From: Lepidodermella squamata
Lineage: Eukaryota; Animalia; Gastrotricha
Direction of reading: 5' to 3'
DNA length: 64,000 bases
Assembly (NCBI GenBank): GCA_047495785.1
Contig: JBLDXI010000054.1
Coordinates: 4,216,001 to 4,280,000, forward strand
Positions 13,201 through 27,227 of this stretch are shown piece by piece. Below the pieces are notes generated by a model. It was not told where the DNA came from and ran no database searches. It worked only from the letters and a program-made list of their open reading frames with translations. Numbering within the stretch: position 1 is the first letter of the stretch; the number at the start of each line of letters is the position of its first letter. A program made the translations under genes and the position numbers.

Positions 13201-15287
13201 TGCCATAACTCTACGTCGCCGTCGATCTGAGTTTCATTATCGGCGGATTGAACAATGGCAGCCATATCGGTGACAGCACCATCGATCCAAGCAGCCGCGT
13301 CCTGCAGACCAATTGCGACCAGCCGGCACAACAAATCAGTGACTTCAAGCAGTGAAACCCGATCGCTGGCAGCCAGGCCTCGCTCTATCGTAGCTAAGGA
13401 GGGCAGGCCGTTCGCATCAAGGCCGAGTACGGATGCGAAGGTTTGTACAAATTCGAAAATTTGTAGACAGTCAGCAATGGCCCGGTTATCTGGAGCCAGG
13501 CGGCTGTGTTCTGCAAAGCGAGGCAATTCGGGCAATGACCGACGATGGATCAACATCATGTCATCTGCGGGCTGACGATTTAGTTCCTGCTTGAGCTCGA
13601 TGAGTCGAATGCGTCGCGCTTGTCGGCGCTTTTTCGCGTTTTGCATTCTTAAAAGCTCCCGTTCGGCTCTCAACACGGCGCTATGTAACAAAAATGCAAA
13701 AAAATATATTTTAAGAAGGCACTCTTCCCTAATATTGAGATTGTTATTAAAAATTAAATGCTAAACCAACCTCGATTTCGTCGTTTCCACTGTTGGAATC
13801 TGTTGTTTCAAACTAACAGGGCCTGCAATTTGGGTAACAAGTGACATGGGAGGTTCCTCGATAGTTTCCGGCTTCGCTACGACCTTCGCTGTTTCCGCCA
13901 TATCGACAGAGGAAAGATTTATTGGCGCTTGCTGGTCGATCGATGACATGACGTTCGCAATGATCTGCTCCTGCACTATTTTGTTCTTTGTCGATGGCGT
14001 CGTTGACATATTCTCGGCGTTATGGCGGTCATTGGCTACCCGGCGGGCTGGGGAATCCGCCAAAACATTTGGCCTTCCTTGCTTTTCTTGTTGTTGCTGC
14101 TGCTGTTGTTGTTGCTGTTGCATAAACATGGCCGCCATAAACATGAGCATCGCTTGCTGCTCATCACCAACGCCCCCAACTCCAGCTGCATTCGGCACTT
14201 GCGGGTAACTACTTTGGGTGTTCAAGGGCGACGGTGAAAACAACTTTTCGCCGCGCTGCATCATTTGGTCGGCAGGCGCGCCTGTGGCTGATGACAAGGA
14301 ACGAGCAGCAGGTCGAGCGCAAGCCAAGTCTTGAGGCGCGTTGTCGATATCTCCCTGGTTTGGCACATAGGCTCCGAAAATTTGCTCGTAAACAGCGGTC
14401 GATTTTGACTCGGACATGGTTGTAAACAACAGATCCACCTCTTCTGGTGCCATTTCCCGATACTCCTAAAGCATCAAATAAAGACATCAATTAGATTGAA
14501 TACTTAGTAAAAAATATATTAAAAAATGCTGAATAGTGATTTTTTGATTTTCAGGTTTGAGGCAGTGGCACATGAAATTTTTTTGCTTTTTTTTACCGAC
14601 AGTTATCCGAGTCATACCTTTGATCCCTGCGCGCTGTGAACCGTTTTTTGGTACGTCGTTCCTGCAATACGAGCACGAGAAGAAAAAGAGAAATTTTCCG
14701 GGACCAGTGCACTGCCAGCATTTGGATCCTGATTGGCCTGATCCGCAGCAAGAAATTCGTTAATCTTGGCGTAAGACCTGAAAATGCGCCCGGCTGGCGA
14801 TTTGTATGTAACTTCCGCTAAAATTTGAGTGCCGGTCCATCGGAACCTTACATAGCGATTCCAACTAAAAACGAATAGCAGATTTAGGTAAATCCACATC
14901 ATTGCATAAATACCCGTATTCAAACGGCACTGCGAGCAAGCTTTCGTCTACACGGCGAACTCGTTTGATACCAGTTGAGTTTGGAGCATTTGTAGGGTCA
15001 AATTGAGAAGGATCGTTGGGCGTCGCCAGCGAATTAATGCCAAGGTAAAGTGGCGAGTCGGCAGACGGCGCAGCTGCCGGCAGCGATTGCCGATTTTTCC
15101 CAGGTGGTCGGCCCCTCTTGCGAGGTGCCGGTTGCCCAGCACTATTTGGGACGGCAACGTTCGGTTGTGCTGGTAGCGGAATCGGTGCGATCGGGTACTG
15201 CTGGGAAGCAAGCAAAGCAGCCGCCTGAAGAATCGCCGAGGACTGTGATTCGAAAATTGAAGGCGGCACAAAATCACCGGCTTGCAT
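10246..15287 (-). CDS. BAZ2: BAZ2/Toutatis-like chromatin regulator (AT-hook, MBD/TAM, DDT, WHIM, bromodomain; multi-exon)
   Basis: AT-hook RKRGRPP; MBD PFEYG/WNR..EVTYKSPAGRIFRSY..ENFSFS; DDT ADCLQIFEFVQTFASVLGL; WHIM FGLDRYGRSYW; bromodomain PFLYPV..YPSYFEVIKQPMD..FVADVRLIFSNCLEFN ending at TAA 10246. Confidence 0.88.
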
Positions 15288-15859
15288 TATCAAAAGTAAT
15301 CAAATGAAGACTGACAATTTTCGCAGCCTTATTTTTTCATATATTTAAAACCTAGTAATTTTTGTTCAACGGCTAAAAACCTAGGAAACAAATTTTTCAC
15401 GATTTCTGCTATGTTACACACGTGCTTGCGTTGACTGCTGTTGATAAAGTAAACAAATTATTTAATCGCGCGTTCACTTTTGGCGGGAGAACGACTCTTC
15501 ATGTGCAACACCTTTGCATCATCTGTCACATACTGTTCCACTCTCTGGCTTGAGCTGACTATAATAATTATTGTGACTCGACACTACGTGGCCGGCAACC
15601 AGGTGAGAGCACTTTACTATGAGTGACTTCGGCCAATCTTAGAATTCTCAACGCGCTGGGTCCAGACTTTAGAACACTCGAATTTGCAATTTAAAGACAA
15701 ATATTTTGACAGATTCATCGCTTTTATTTCTGACAAGACGATTCGTAATGAAAAAAATATAAATATTAGACAGTAAAAATAAACAAATAATTGAAGCCCA
15801 TAATTTGCATCAACGGATATCAAGAGCGCACGATTTGTTACTTGAAAAAATAGATAAAT

Positions 15860-16897
15860 TCATTTGCGCCGACTATCCACCTTGACGGTTTTGCTCCACT
15901 CGGCTGCGGCAGTAATATCAAGCGGTTGCCATTTTTCACTCTCGCAAGAGAGCGAGGCTGACTTTTGAGGATTCTGCTCGACATAAGGCGACTTGGCAAC
16001 AGAGGATGAGATAGGCGGTAATGCACCTGGAATTTTGCCTTCGCTTTTCTGCTGTTTCCAAAGCCGAGTCAGCTGTTCTGCCTCTTCAGTGGCGTCCTTC
16101 TCTGTTAAGAATATCAACTTCTTCGCCGGAGCCAACCTCCTAGCCGAAGAAACAGTCGATGACTGGTTACTCGGTGACAACTCACTCGCGTACTCGCTGA
16201 AATCTTCGCTGAACACCGATGTCTCCGTTTTCCGATCGGTATGAAACAAGTGACTGCCCTTAACAGCCGCCACGCCCGTCAAATGATTGACCCGTTCGGT
16301 ATTGACAACAGCCGCGCGGTAAGACACGCCGCTCTCCTGATTGAACCTGGCCACTTTCTGTCGGGTTTTCTTGTCTGATAACTTGTCCATCTGATTGTTG
16401 AACTCTTTCTCGCGATCCCAGAAAGACAACGCCGGAATTCGCCGGCCCTTCTTGGCGAGGACGTAGCGACCGATAGCGAAATAAGCTTGATCCAAGTCAT
16501 TATTGTCATTGTCCGGCACTGAAGATGAACGATTTTGCGACCTTGATTTCGAATGTTTGTTTTTTTCTCGAACCTTCGATTCGGCTTTGTCGCGTAAAAT
16601 ATTCCACGCTTCGTCGAGACCATGGGTCTGATAGAGCGCTCGGTCGATAATGACTCGGTGTTCTTTCTGCTTCGGATTAATGAAATAGTCAGCACCTTCT
16701 TCGCCTAACATTTCCACTAAATATTTCCTCCATCTTGAAAAAAATTGGCTGTGAGTCAATGCAACATTTTGATGGTGATTTTCAAACCTTGCATCGACAT
16801 CAGGCTCGGGGAGTTGCATTTGACTGAGTGCCGAGCTTGCCCGACTGCTTGTTGAGCTCATTCTTCGACTGCTACGGCTGCTTTGACGTTCTCCCAT
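15860..16897 (-). CDS. Orphan intronless ORF (~345 aa), Ser/Lys/Arg-rich, unknown function
   Basis: Long uninterrupted ORF from the ATG of MGERQSS; AATAAA on the minus strand ~130 nt downstream; no recognised domain. Confidence 0.5.
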   Translation of the reverse strand: MGERQSSRSSRRMSSTSSRASSALSQMQLPEPDVDARFENHHQNVALTHSQFFSRWRKYLVEMLGEEGADYFINPKQKEHRVIIDRALYQTHGLDEAWNILRDKAESKVREKNKHSKSRSQNRSSSVPDNDNNDLDQAYFAIGRYVLAKKGRRIPALSFWDREKEFNNQMDKLSDKKTRQKVARFNQESGVSYRAAVVNTERVNHLTGVAAVKGSHLFHTDRKTETSVFSEDFSEYASELSPSNQSSTVSSARRLAPAKKLIFLTEKDATEEAEQLTRLWKQQKSEGKIPGALPPISSSVAKSPYVEQNPQKSASLSCESEKWQPLDITAAAEWSKTVKVDSRRK

Positions 16898-17539
16898 CGC
16901 ACCAATTTGTAAAAATAAATAACCTATGCAACAAATCACACGCAAGAGTCAGATGTCGGTTAATGTAGTAAATAATCGACAATTAGAGGAATATAAGCGT
17001 TATCATGTACGGCCTTTAAATTGAGTTGGATTGAGACCTGATTTCAACGTGGTGCTAGGCAAGTTTTGCTCGGCAAGCCGATCAAGCGCTGTAACGCCCA
17101 GAGCCGCATTGAATCAGGCCTCATTCATCAACCAAAATCAAGCGTAAATAATGTAATAAACAATGTCAAACGGCTCAGCGATTGAGTCCTGATTTCACCT
17201 GGTGCTAGAAGGTGTCATGCGGTAAGTATGACTTCTATCCACCGAGGGGAAACCAGGCTCAAATGTAGCTGTACCAGTTATTCTGAAAAAGATACTAAAA
17301 GAGCACACACACACCACGGTAAAGAAAAGTGTAGGTAACACGAGTGCTGTTAAGACGGCAAACTCGTGTGCTGCTGGCGAGAAACACGGTTATTAAGGCG
17401 GCAAAGAAGTGCACAGGTTGGTAATAAAGTTGAGGTGAAACTACTAAACACGGATGCTGTTGGTTTTGTTGCCGCGTTGTTTGTTTATGTGCGCATACAA
17501 GAAACACTTTGACAATAATTAGAACAGGAATAGTGCAAC

Positions 17540-17621
17540 TGCAACTACGACTACGACGGCGACGACGAAGAAGAAGAAGAAGAAAATGGCGACGATGACG
17601 ACGACGACGACGACGACGACC
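17540..17621. repeat. Compound trinucleotide microsatellite (ACT/GAC/GAA/GAC)
   Basis: Directly visible runs of gac and gaa. Confidence 0.9.
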
Positions 17622-19585
17622 AGGTAGGTAGGTAGATGAAGGAAACGCAAGTGAACGGAATAACACGGCAGTGGTGGAGTTGTCGCAGCACGATGCCCAT
17701 TAACAATGAACGAAGCGTATCGAATCACGTACCTTGCGCTAACCAGCAGTGTCGCAGATTACGTACGCAGCGCGAACAAAAGCCTTAACTCGGCCCAGCA
17801 GGAACGCTCATAACAGCTGAAACAGAGCCCGCTGGCTGCTACTGCCGTAAGACCAAGTTGAGACGCGAGCGCACGCGCTTAAATAAAACAAACCCTAAAT
17901 TTTGAGACTAAGGGTGTGCGAGCCCGAACGGGAGCGCCTCAAGTGGCAGGCAGGCGCAGGTGGGGCAAGCGGCGCGCTAAGGTCGCGTCGCAGGCGTGAT
18001 GCCATCGCAACAAAGGAGGGTGACGCCAATGTGAATGAATGGGCAAGACGACGCAAACGTCGATGGATCAACGGAATTTAACCAACCGGGTTGCGCATTA
18101 ACATATTAGATTACGCCGCGACGCATCGGGGCGTAGAGCTTGGAGTAATAGTACATGGAGTGATGACTCGCTTTATCAGCGCCCACTATCAGTCAGCAAA
18201 GGGTGAGTGGCGCAGTGGGGCGCCCGCATTGTTCTCGCTGCATCGTGACCTTTTGCGCGCACACATTTTTTAAACATCAACGCGTTATTTCTCCGGAACC
18301 GTGCATCGCATTGACACCGTTTTTTGATGTAGGGATAGAGTTAATGATTATCTATCACTATACCAAATTTTATGAAGGTATGATTTACCGTTGAGAAATA
18401 AACGGTACCACAAGTTTTTGCATTGCGCGGCAGCATTTAAATCACAGGCGCGCGCGTATTTTCACATTTGCTCCACATTCCTGGGTCAGAATAAAATAAT
18501 TTTTAGATGTAGGGATGCGTCACATTCTCTATTACCTTCATTCCAAAGCCCAACTCAATATCATAAAAATTGGCTGAAAAAATGGTACCAACGTGCTGTC
18601 GTTTCTTCATCTCGCGCGCGCGAGTGAGGCAGGCGGCGGGCCCCCCGTCGTGCGCGCGATATGATCTCTATAATAGGCGAGTCATCACTCCATGTCTATT
18701 CCTCCAAGGCGTAGAGGGCGCGAGCGACAGCGCAGTAATCGTCTTCAAAGCGCCCTTCAACGCGCAGCCAGGTGAAACTAACACCGAGCGATACAAAGCG
18801 CTACACGCGGCCAGGCAATCATTTCGCCAAATGACGAAGACAGCCAAGTAGACATGTTGGAAATTCTACCTGCAAGCGATCGAAAGCGCGAATAGTGATC
18901 GGGCGCGAGCGAGCGCGACGCCTTGCCGAAAATTAGCGCGCCAGAGTGACTGAAAAATGCAGTAGCGGGAGGTGTATGTTTATGCGCCTGGCGCTCCCGC
19001 AACGCGCACAAACTTTTATCGCGCATCATCACCATTTTGGCAATCCAAAATAGTGGCGGTGGGGGCGGACTACTGCGCGCGCGGCGGCAGCGACGACAAC
19101 ACACCAACCACGAAGCGGCTCCATATTTATGTACATAGACTATAAACATAAATATAATATGGTGGAGGTAAGTCTATGCAAAGCATCATGTGAATATATA
19201 TTGGTATAAATGCATATAGCATGTATGTATACTAACCCAGAACAAAAGTAATAACAGCGCCACGAATGACACATCAAAGCGGGCGCGCGCAAGCGATGTA
19301 TCGAAGCAGCGTGCGGTGAGACGCCTGCCTCCCAACAGTGGCCAATGGCATCGACCATCGAGGTAAAATATTAATAGCTCACGTCGTTCTGCCGGGCAAG
19401 GCGAAAGCCGCGCCATTACTGCCGCTGGGCGCCGCGCTTGTGTATGCGCGCCACATGAAAAGACACCACGTGCCTGTAGAAAGTGGCAGGCAGCGGGTGC
19501 ATCGCATTCGCATGCGCTCTCCCGCGCGCGAACCCCTTTTAATTCATTCGGAGGGCGAAGAAATTTAGAAAATCCATACACAATG

Positions 19586-19643
19586 CGATGATGATGATGA
19601 TGATGATGGCGAAGACAATAACAACAACAATAACAACAACAAC
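19586..19643. repeat. (GAT)n/(ACA)n microsatellite
   Basis: Directly visible. Confidence 0.85.
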
Positions 19644-22600
19644 TGCAATAATTTTCATTTAGTGAAGAAATGGGCGAGGCCACTGATTAGAAGAAAGGGG
19701 CGAAAGACGACGCTAACACGCGTCAATGCTCGCCGCCCCGTCTGTTTCTTAGCAGACACCTGCATTCAAGCAACAAAATAGGTATTAATAATAAATTTCG
19801 TCAATAAATGGGTTGAAAGATGTTGTCTCTTGAATCACTAAATAGACATAAACAGACTGGTTTTGGGGCTAGCTGGCGGCGAGTTACACACGCTGCTGTT
19901 GCTATGCGACAGTCCGAAATATCGCCAAAGACCTAACAACTAGAAACGCTTTCATCGTCCATAATATTGCAAATTTAATTCGACCAAGCTTTCTGCACGA
20001 GACAGAACCTCATCAAGGAATTTAAGCAGACTAAACAACAACAGGTGGAACATGTTGATACCGCTTTCGTCGCATAGGGGCATTCGCAAGCAATGGCATG
20101 AATTCCTGGATGGGATAAACTTGCAGACCTTCACTTTCTGAGTTTGCGAATGCATCTTTCACCGTTATTAAAGTTGGCCAGTCGCGTAGTGGTGATTACT
20201 TGGCGATTCAACTAAGTGGTAATATTAAAAAAACGCAATTATTTCTCAGCCGCAATTATTTATAAACCACGAGGATTCGTAAATGAATAAAATAAGCTAA
20301 TCAAGAAGTTTCTATTAAACACATCAGGTTGATAGATTAAAAACAGAACGCTGATAAAATTGACATAATCAATTCTCAAGCACTGAAGATGAAGAAAACT
20401 AATTATGGGTACTACAGAAGCGTAGTTTATTGCTGCTTGAGAAGACCTTTCAGTGAACGAATTTTTGTTGTTCAAAATATTTAAATGTTTCCCGAGAATT
20501 TGTCAACTATTTCATCAATCATTTCATACATCCATTGGAAGCTTAATAAGGGATGGTCGATAGCCTAGATTAGCATTAAAACGGGTCCGAATGGTGTTTC
20601 TTTTGTCACTTAGGATGGGTAAAAAAGTCGCGTTACATAACTTCGACAGTATATTATGATGACCAGTTTCATATCAGAATTCGAACACTATTAATTGAAA
20701 AATTTGATTCAAATGACATTGGATATAATCTCTTGATGGCGTTGATTAGAGTCATAGACTACAATAGCGCTCCCGGTAAAGGTCGAGTCGAATCATGCTT
20801 TTAGGAACATCATTTCCATGATGACATTCGATTAACACGTATATATTTAAAGGTAGGGGAAACAATATATGCATATAAGCTTCTCATACCATTATAACGA
20901 TACATAATTGCTAATTGCTAAAACGCCGCTCTGGGAGTTGAAAACTTGCGCATACTTTTCTAACGCCAAACAACAAATAGTAAATAAATAAATAAATCGA
21001 GAACTAAGATAATTCTATCGTCTATATAATTCAGAATAAAAGCTGCATTAACGAAACTTGGGCAAATTGGAGCGTACCGAGTTGCTCATCCCGCGCATTA
21101 TTCCAGCGTTTTGTTGCACAAAGTTATATTATCGCAAAAATAGTAACTGCCTATCTCCGCTTAGTTGAAGAGCGGCCCGCTAAATTAAATCTAAAATAGA
21201 TGCGTTGAATGCTCATATTTTCAAGAATTTAGCGGGCCTAGTATAAAGATATGCTATATTTATGTGAATTTTGGTTGTTTCAATTTGCCATCTCATTTTA
21301 AGCGTTTCCATGTTATAGCTTCTCCTAGAAGCGTTGAATGCTAAGAAAGGGTGTGCGTGCGACGTGGTGCATATACTGTGCCAAACGCGGTACGTCAAAT
21401 TAGAAAACAGTATCTACGTGAGCAGATGGAGCAGCGTGGTCATATGTTTGCAGAAATCAGTGATTTTTGTATTGTTTCGCCTAATAACTGAAATAAGTCC
21501 ACAGTAAGGGAGAAATGAAGGAAACCCAAATGTAGGAAATATAGAATATTATGCAATATGTAGACACTCTGGGATATTGGAGCCGGTCAGTCTAGCTCTA
21601 TTAATTCAATATTGTTCACTGATGATATAGTCTAGTGAAACGAACAACTGGCATAATTTGACAGCCAGTTGACGATGAAGTCTAGCAATTATAATGTCAA
21701 CAAATAACCCACGCACTCACATCACCTATCAGGATGAGACACGTTATACTCCAACGCCACTATTCACTATCATACTATCCCTAACCCATCTCGGATAGTC
21801 ATTGAAAGGATCGAACAGGTAAAAGGAAGGCCGTTCTCGACAAAACTGTAAAAATGCCTCACAGATGTGCCGCAGTTTTCAAAAACAAAGCTGATCTTTC
21901 ATTAAAAATGGCAACAAGTCTATCGAAAGCGTTCCTTCGTATTACAATTTTCGTATTTAATAGGCAGCTTTTATTATAAAACTAACAACATACTAATCGT
22001 AAATTGAAAACCTGTCTGCGACTTGGAATGTTACTCAGCTATCGATTGATAAGTGTAAAAGTCGAAAACAATAATGTGATCAAGATGACTTTCAAGAGTA
22101 AGCTTAACTGCCAGGCAACACAAAAATTATGTGTGACATCCATAAAGAGAATGCCTGCCATTAAACTCGAGGAACTTCAGGCTTCAATGAAAGCAAATTA
22201 AAACCATATTCATTAGGAAAGCTGCAGTGTCAAAGTGATGCATAAGCATCACATGAGCTTAAAACTTTAAATGCTGCCTGAAACAGTCCAGCAAAACGTC
22301 AAACAAGCATCTCGCGATGTTAACGAGAGATGAGGCCTGACTGCAGCAATCGTCGTCCATTGCGTTGGTTAGCAACGACCTTCCGTATAATTGAAAATAA
22401 GTGTGAATTTTCGTGCTAAATTGAAACATTAATTGATGTCATTGCAAGGGAAAAATATTTTATTAATTATTGATAAAAAAATAAGGGACATTAGCTTGTT
22501 GAGAGTTTTTCATCCGGGCTCAATATTTTAAAAGTTCCTCGTTTTCTTAAGAACACACATGCAGTGAGCTGCTCACGGTAAGCGTGGACTCCAGGTCGCT

Positions 22601-24290
22601 TATCCGCCGGTATTCCGCCGGTATCTGCGCCCGTGTAATGGAAGACCGCTATCGGTGTGAAATATGCGACATTTGTCGTGTCATTAGTAGTTTTCATGAT
22701 GCCCCACTAGAAAGTAACCGCTAAAGTCCCGCTAAAAATCGGTGTGAAATATGTGGTTTCTCTTCGGTTACTACCGTCGTGAATATTTTGAATCGATTAT
22801 CAGTGTCAATTTAAATTTAGATTGATTGCCAAAGTCAGTCTTACTGATCATCTTGCATGAAGTGAGGAGGATGTTCCATAAGATCCCTCAAAATGTCGGG
22901 GCGGCACGAGGTGGAAGATGGTGAAAGCGGGGCTGCGGAGTTGGACAACCAAAATTACTGTTTTTTATAGATTTAGTTTAACTTTACCTCAAAGTACGCA
23001 GATGAGTAATTCTGAGATACATCCAATCATAAATTTCGAGATTTAGCTGACTGTATATTTAGGGTTTTCCACTAGGATCTGAGATACGCTTTCGTCGTTC
23101 GATATTCATGCTCATATATTTCTACAGCAATCTCGGACGATTCAAATATAGTCCACTGTTCCTGTTCAGAATGAACGCGATTACCGACCTTCGCGCGCTA
23201 ATTGGGTTGCATTTATTATTGCTATCAGAATCTTATCTTATGTCGTTGTCGGCGCGTCAAAACCCTGCAAGTTTTGACGCGCCGACGACGATGTAATCGC
23301 GCACCCTATTGTAAATCGGTGACTGTCCTGACTTTTGTCGAGGATTATTCGACATACAGTACATCTGAATAATGAATAAGAGGCATCATGATTATTATTT
23401 TCAACGCCCAAGGTCCACCCAAGTCAACTGAAGTATCAGGATAGTCATTTACTGAGATTCTAATACGCTTGAGAAGCTAGAGAGATTGATATTTTCAATC
23501 AATAATATCCTCTTTTAAGTGTTTTTCAAGTCAGGAACAACAGAGTATTTTAGCCAACGTCATAATGGCTGAGATCGCCGGTGACTATTTATTACTGATC
23601 AGTTGAACCGTGCTGCAGTTTTTAAAATCGCATATTCCTCAAGTGGCATATTAATGCTAAAATTATGCTTTCTATCTAATAGCAACTGACACATCGTCGC
23701 GTTGCGTGTGAGAGCAGCCATTATTATAAATTATCGTGCTGTAGTTTCGACAAGTTGGGGTATGTTTATAAACTAATCCGTTGTTGCAAAGTACTTGCTT
23801 TTTACCCGTTTTATCAGTGCAGTATTGTCTTTTCATAAACCGATTTAGTACATAATTGGCCTTGATAAAAATTGCTCAGCTCCTTTCAAACGCACCGCGA
23901 CGCAATAAATATTTGTTGGCCGATTCGATGTGTTGATAAGATCATGGAATTCATGAGATACCTATAATTTTGTTGTGTCTGTTGCTTCACTTTCTGGCAA
24001 CTCTGTGATCTTTCTATCAATCCCATTTCTACCTTCTCTGTCCCCAACCTGAAATTTATTCCAGGCTTACATTATTTTTGGGCAGTTCGTTGTACGTTGT
24101 GTATCATCTTGCGTGTTTGATCTGTTCTGATAGGTTCTGTTAGGCTCTTAGTCTTAACTCTATTATACTGATTTTGCGCATTCCAGGTGTTATTTTTTCT
24201 ATTATTTTATTTATATTGAAACTCCACTTAAATTTTGTGGTATAATCAAATTTGATCTGTTTCTTATTGATAGATTTTTAATTCCTTTCA

Positions 24291-25283
24291 ATGTCGTCCA
24301 TCAATTGGGAGCTCACTCCTTACGAGCAGCACAGAAAACCTCACGAGACTCTACCAGGAAACACTGAAATAGGTTTGCTAAGATCTTTTCCTTCAATATT
24401 TGTCTTTAAATCAGTGATTTGTGATCAATCCAGCTGTTTCTCCGGGGCAGCTTCATTCTGACCTTCAGTGCCCTATTTGCCTTGACATACTACGCGAGTG
24501 TTTGACGACAAAAGAATGCCTGCACAGGTTTTGTTCCGAATGCATCACAACTGCGCTTCGAAACGGTAACAAGGAATGTCCAACTTGCCGAAAGAAACTG
24601 GTTTCCCATCGGTCGCTTCGCAAAGATACAACTTTTGATGCAATTGTGGCTAAAATATTTCCCAATCGGTCACTTTATGAAGAACAAGTCGAAAAGCGCA
24701 TCGCAAAACTTATGCAAATGAACGTCAATGATCGATACAGTTCTCAAACCCATGATAACAAGTTGTGAGTTATTCAAACCTTTCATTTCATTCTTTTCTC
24801 ACTTATTGTCTACCCAGAAATGAGAATAGCTGCGATTCACATTCCGTCGATAGTACCAACGTCCTTCCTTCAGTTGTTGAGCTGCAAATGAAGTTGCACG
24901 ATCAGTCAACCGTCGCTGATGGTGATGCGAGTTTTTTCACTACTAAATATTTCAGCACATCGCCCAATGCAAGCATCGATCATTTGGTAGAATTTTTGAA
25001 GATTCGCTTCAGGGCATTCAAACAGCAGCAAACTTCTACCGGTATGCCTTATAGTTATTTTTCGTAATTGAGGTATAACCTTTGCCATTATTCAGGTTGT
25101 GAAGACTTGACCAGTGCCGATTTATTCTCAGTTGAATGTGGCTATGAAATTTCAGTTACCTCAACCGATTCTCCTGACTCCACGCTGGATGGTCAAGTGA
25201 CGCTGTCGCACTTGCTAAGTCAGCATTCTTCAGGCCTTCGAGAGCCTTTCGAGCTTCTATACCTTGCAAAAATTTGTCAATAA
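24291..25283 (+). CDS. RNF2: E3 ligase RING1/RNF2 (Sce; PRC1 core), RING plus RAWUL-like C-terminus; multi-exon
   Basis: [13 protein letters not shown]-terminus; [45 protein letters not shown] is near-identical to RING1B; [18 protein letters not shown] is RAWUL-like. Confidence 0.93.
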
Positions 25284-27227
25284 TGTTAAAGATTTGTACA
25301 TTTGCCTGTTTCTCATTGTCGAAAGAGCGTATTGAGCGACGTCAAACGTGAATAAAAGATTTTTATTGTCTTTGGTACAATCATCATGCTGGATTTTTTT
25401 CCTTACGAGTAGGCACTTCTTACTAAAAGTTGTTAATGCAGGGAGTTTTCTTAGTTTCATAGATGATCGGTTGCTCGGATTTAGCCCCTCAATTTCAATT
25501 TCAATGGAGTAAAGAACAATAAGGATGCAATAGCTTTTTAACGACCTAGTGGCAGTTGTGTTTTTTTATGAATTGAAAGTGCTGGGATACACTGTGGTTG
25601 GTGTTTTAATACATGGCAATGCACTACATGCTTGTATTGGCGTTTTTCTGAATGGCTGCATAGTACACACCGCACGTAATCAGGAATACAGCGCGAACTT
25701 GGCTGCGGTTGTGTCTTTTTCTTTGGCAACAGAGCGGCCGAGCTGAGTATTGGGCGAAATTATTGCTCTCTCATCATTATTACTATTATTACATTGTTGG
25801 GCAGTAATTATGTAAAAGCTATATATGCACTGTCGATTTTGATGATCGAAATGCTTTACTTGTATATTGCTTATATTATTCAAGTGTTCTCTCATGGCCG
25901 GCCTCATCGGCAATTTCGGCATTACGCTTCTTATTACAGCGTTATATACGCGGCAATGCTCGTTCATATGCTGCTAAAAATAATAAAACGAAACGCACAG
26001 CGCATATGTTAGTCTCGTCTGCTGCGTACCGTGCCTCCATCTCGTGAAAATAAAATTATTATTATTAGTGGAGCGGTACATTTGCTTATATTATATTAGT
26101 ATCGCCGTCGTCGTTTTATTATTAGATGGCGAATGTAAGCCATTACAATTTATATTTGTGTGTGTGTGCATGCATACGAGCGGCGCGCTATCTATCAGCT
26201 GTACTGGCGAGGAAATTCTCTATTTACGAAACGACGGCGAGGCTGCGTGTATTTATGTGTGAGCGAGCGAACGCGCGTATTGATCCGTTCGTCGTAGCTC
26301 TCACACTAGGGGTCTGCTGCTGCTGCTGCGTGTATGTGCGCTTGCTATTCTATTATGCCATGCATTTTGAAAATATGCCACATCTGTATTGTATGTGTGT
26401 GTGTGTGTATAATATAAGAGCGCAAACGAACGCCGTGTAGGGCGGTGCAGAGAGAGCGAGATTATGCTGCCTGCGAGAGAGTGCCCGCGCACACGAATGC
26501 CAAGTATTACGACATCCACACACATAATATATCTAAAGCTTTTCTGCCATATACAAACATACACTACACACAAACATGCGAGTGAGGCATTTTCCGTTCT
26601 TTCTTCATTGCTGCTGCTGCTGGCCTCTCTCTAATACATACGTATAGCCAGCTAGCTATAGCATCGGAGCGTTGTTCTTCGCTTCATACTATATGCACGT
26701 CCTGTGCTCACGCTCAAATACTACTACTATATGCTTACGATTTCGTTATGCACGAATACTGCCCACAGTATTTTCCTTTATTTTACTGCTGAATGTGCTG
26801 TATTCATCGTAGCGGTATATAAGGGTGAATAGTGGATACGCAGTCATCGCAGTGCCAATGTATATATCACTAGTAGAGTATATGGGTGACGTTATAATGT
26901 ACATTGTAGGTAATTTTCATTGTGCTATGCCTCGTTGTAATACTAGTAATAGTGTAAAAGTAAAAAGAAGAACTTTACAACACAGGCCTGTATGGATAGT
27001 ACTGCGCCTCGTTATTTTCATATATCTCTGTAAGCAGTACATTGCTATTTCTCTATTGCTAACTACTGCTAGTATTTTACTAGTAGAACTTGTTGTAGTA
27101 GTAGTCGTAGTAGCAGTAATGGGGATATACCACGTGTCTTATTATCTGTGTCCCTTTGATACGTTCGCGTATTAACACCGATGCCCACGATATCGTGTTT
27201 TTTTATGACTGTTGTTTGTATTACTAG

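Noticed and set aside
17215-17232. ATACTTACC on the minus strand resembling the U1 snRNA 5' end
   Set aside because: Downstream sequence does not match U1; it is just the complement of a consensus donor GGTAAGTAT
17295-19683. Several ORFs of 60-165 aa
   Set aside because: Products derive from microsatellites and low-complexity GC-rich DNA, with no domain motifs
22590-22760. Short repeats (ATCGGTGTGAAATATG twice; CCGCCGGTAT twice)
   Set aside because: No TIR or TSD boundaries found; insufficient to call an element
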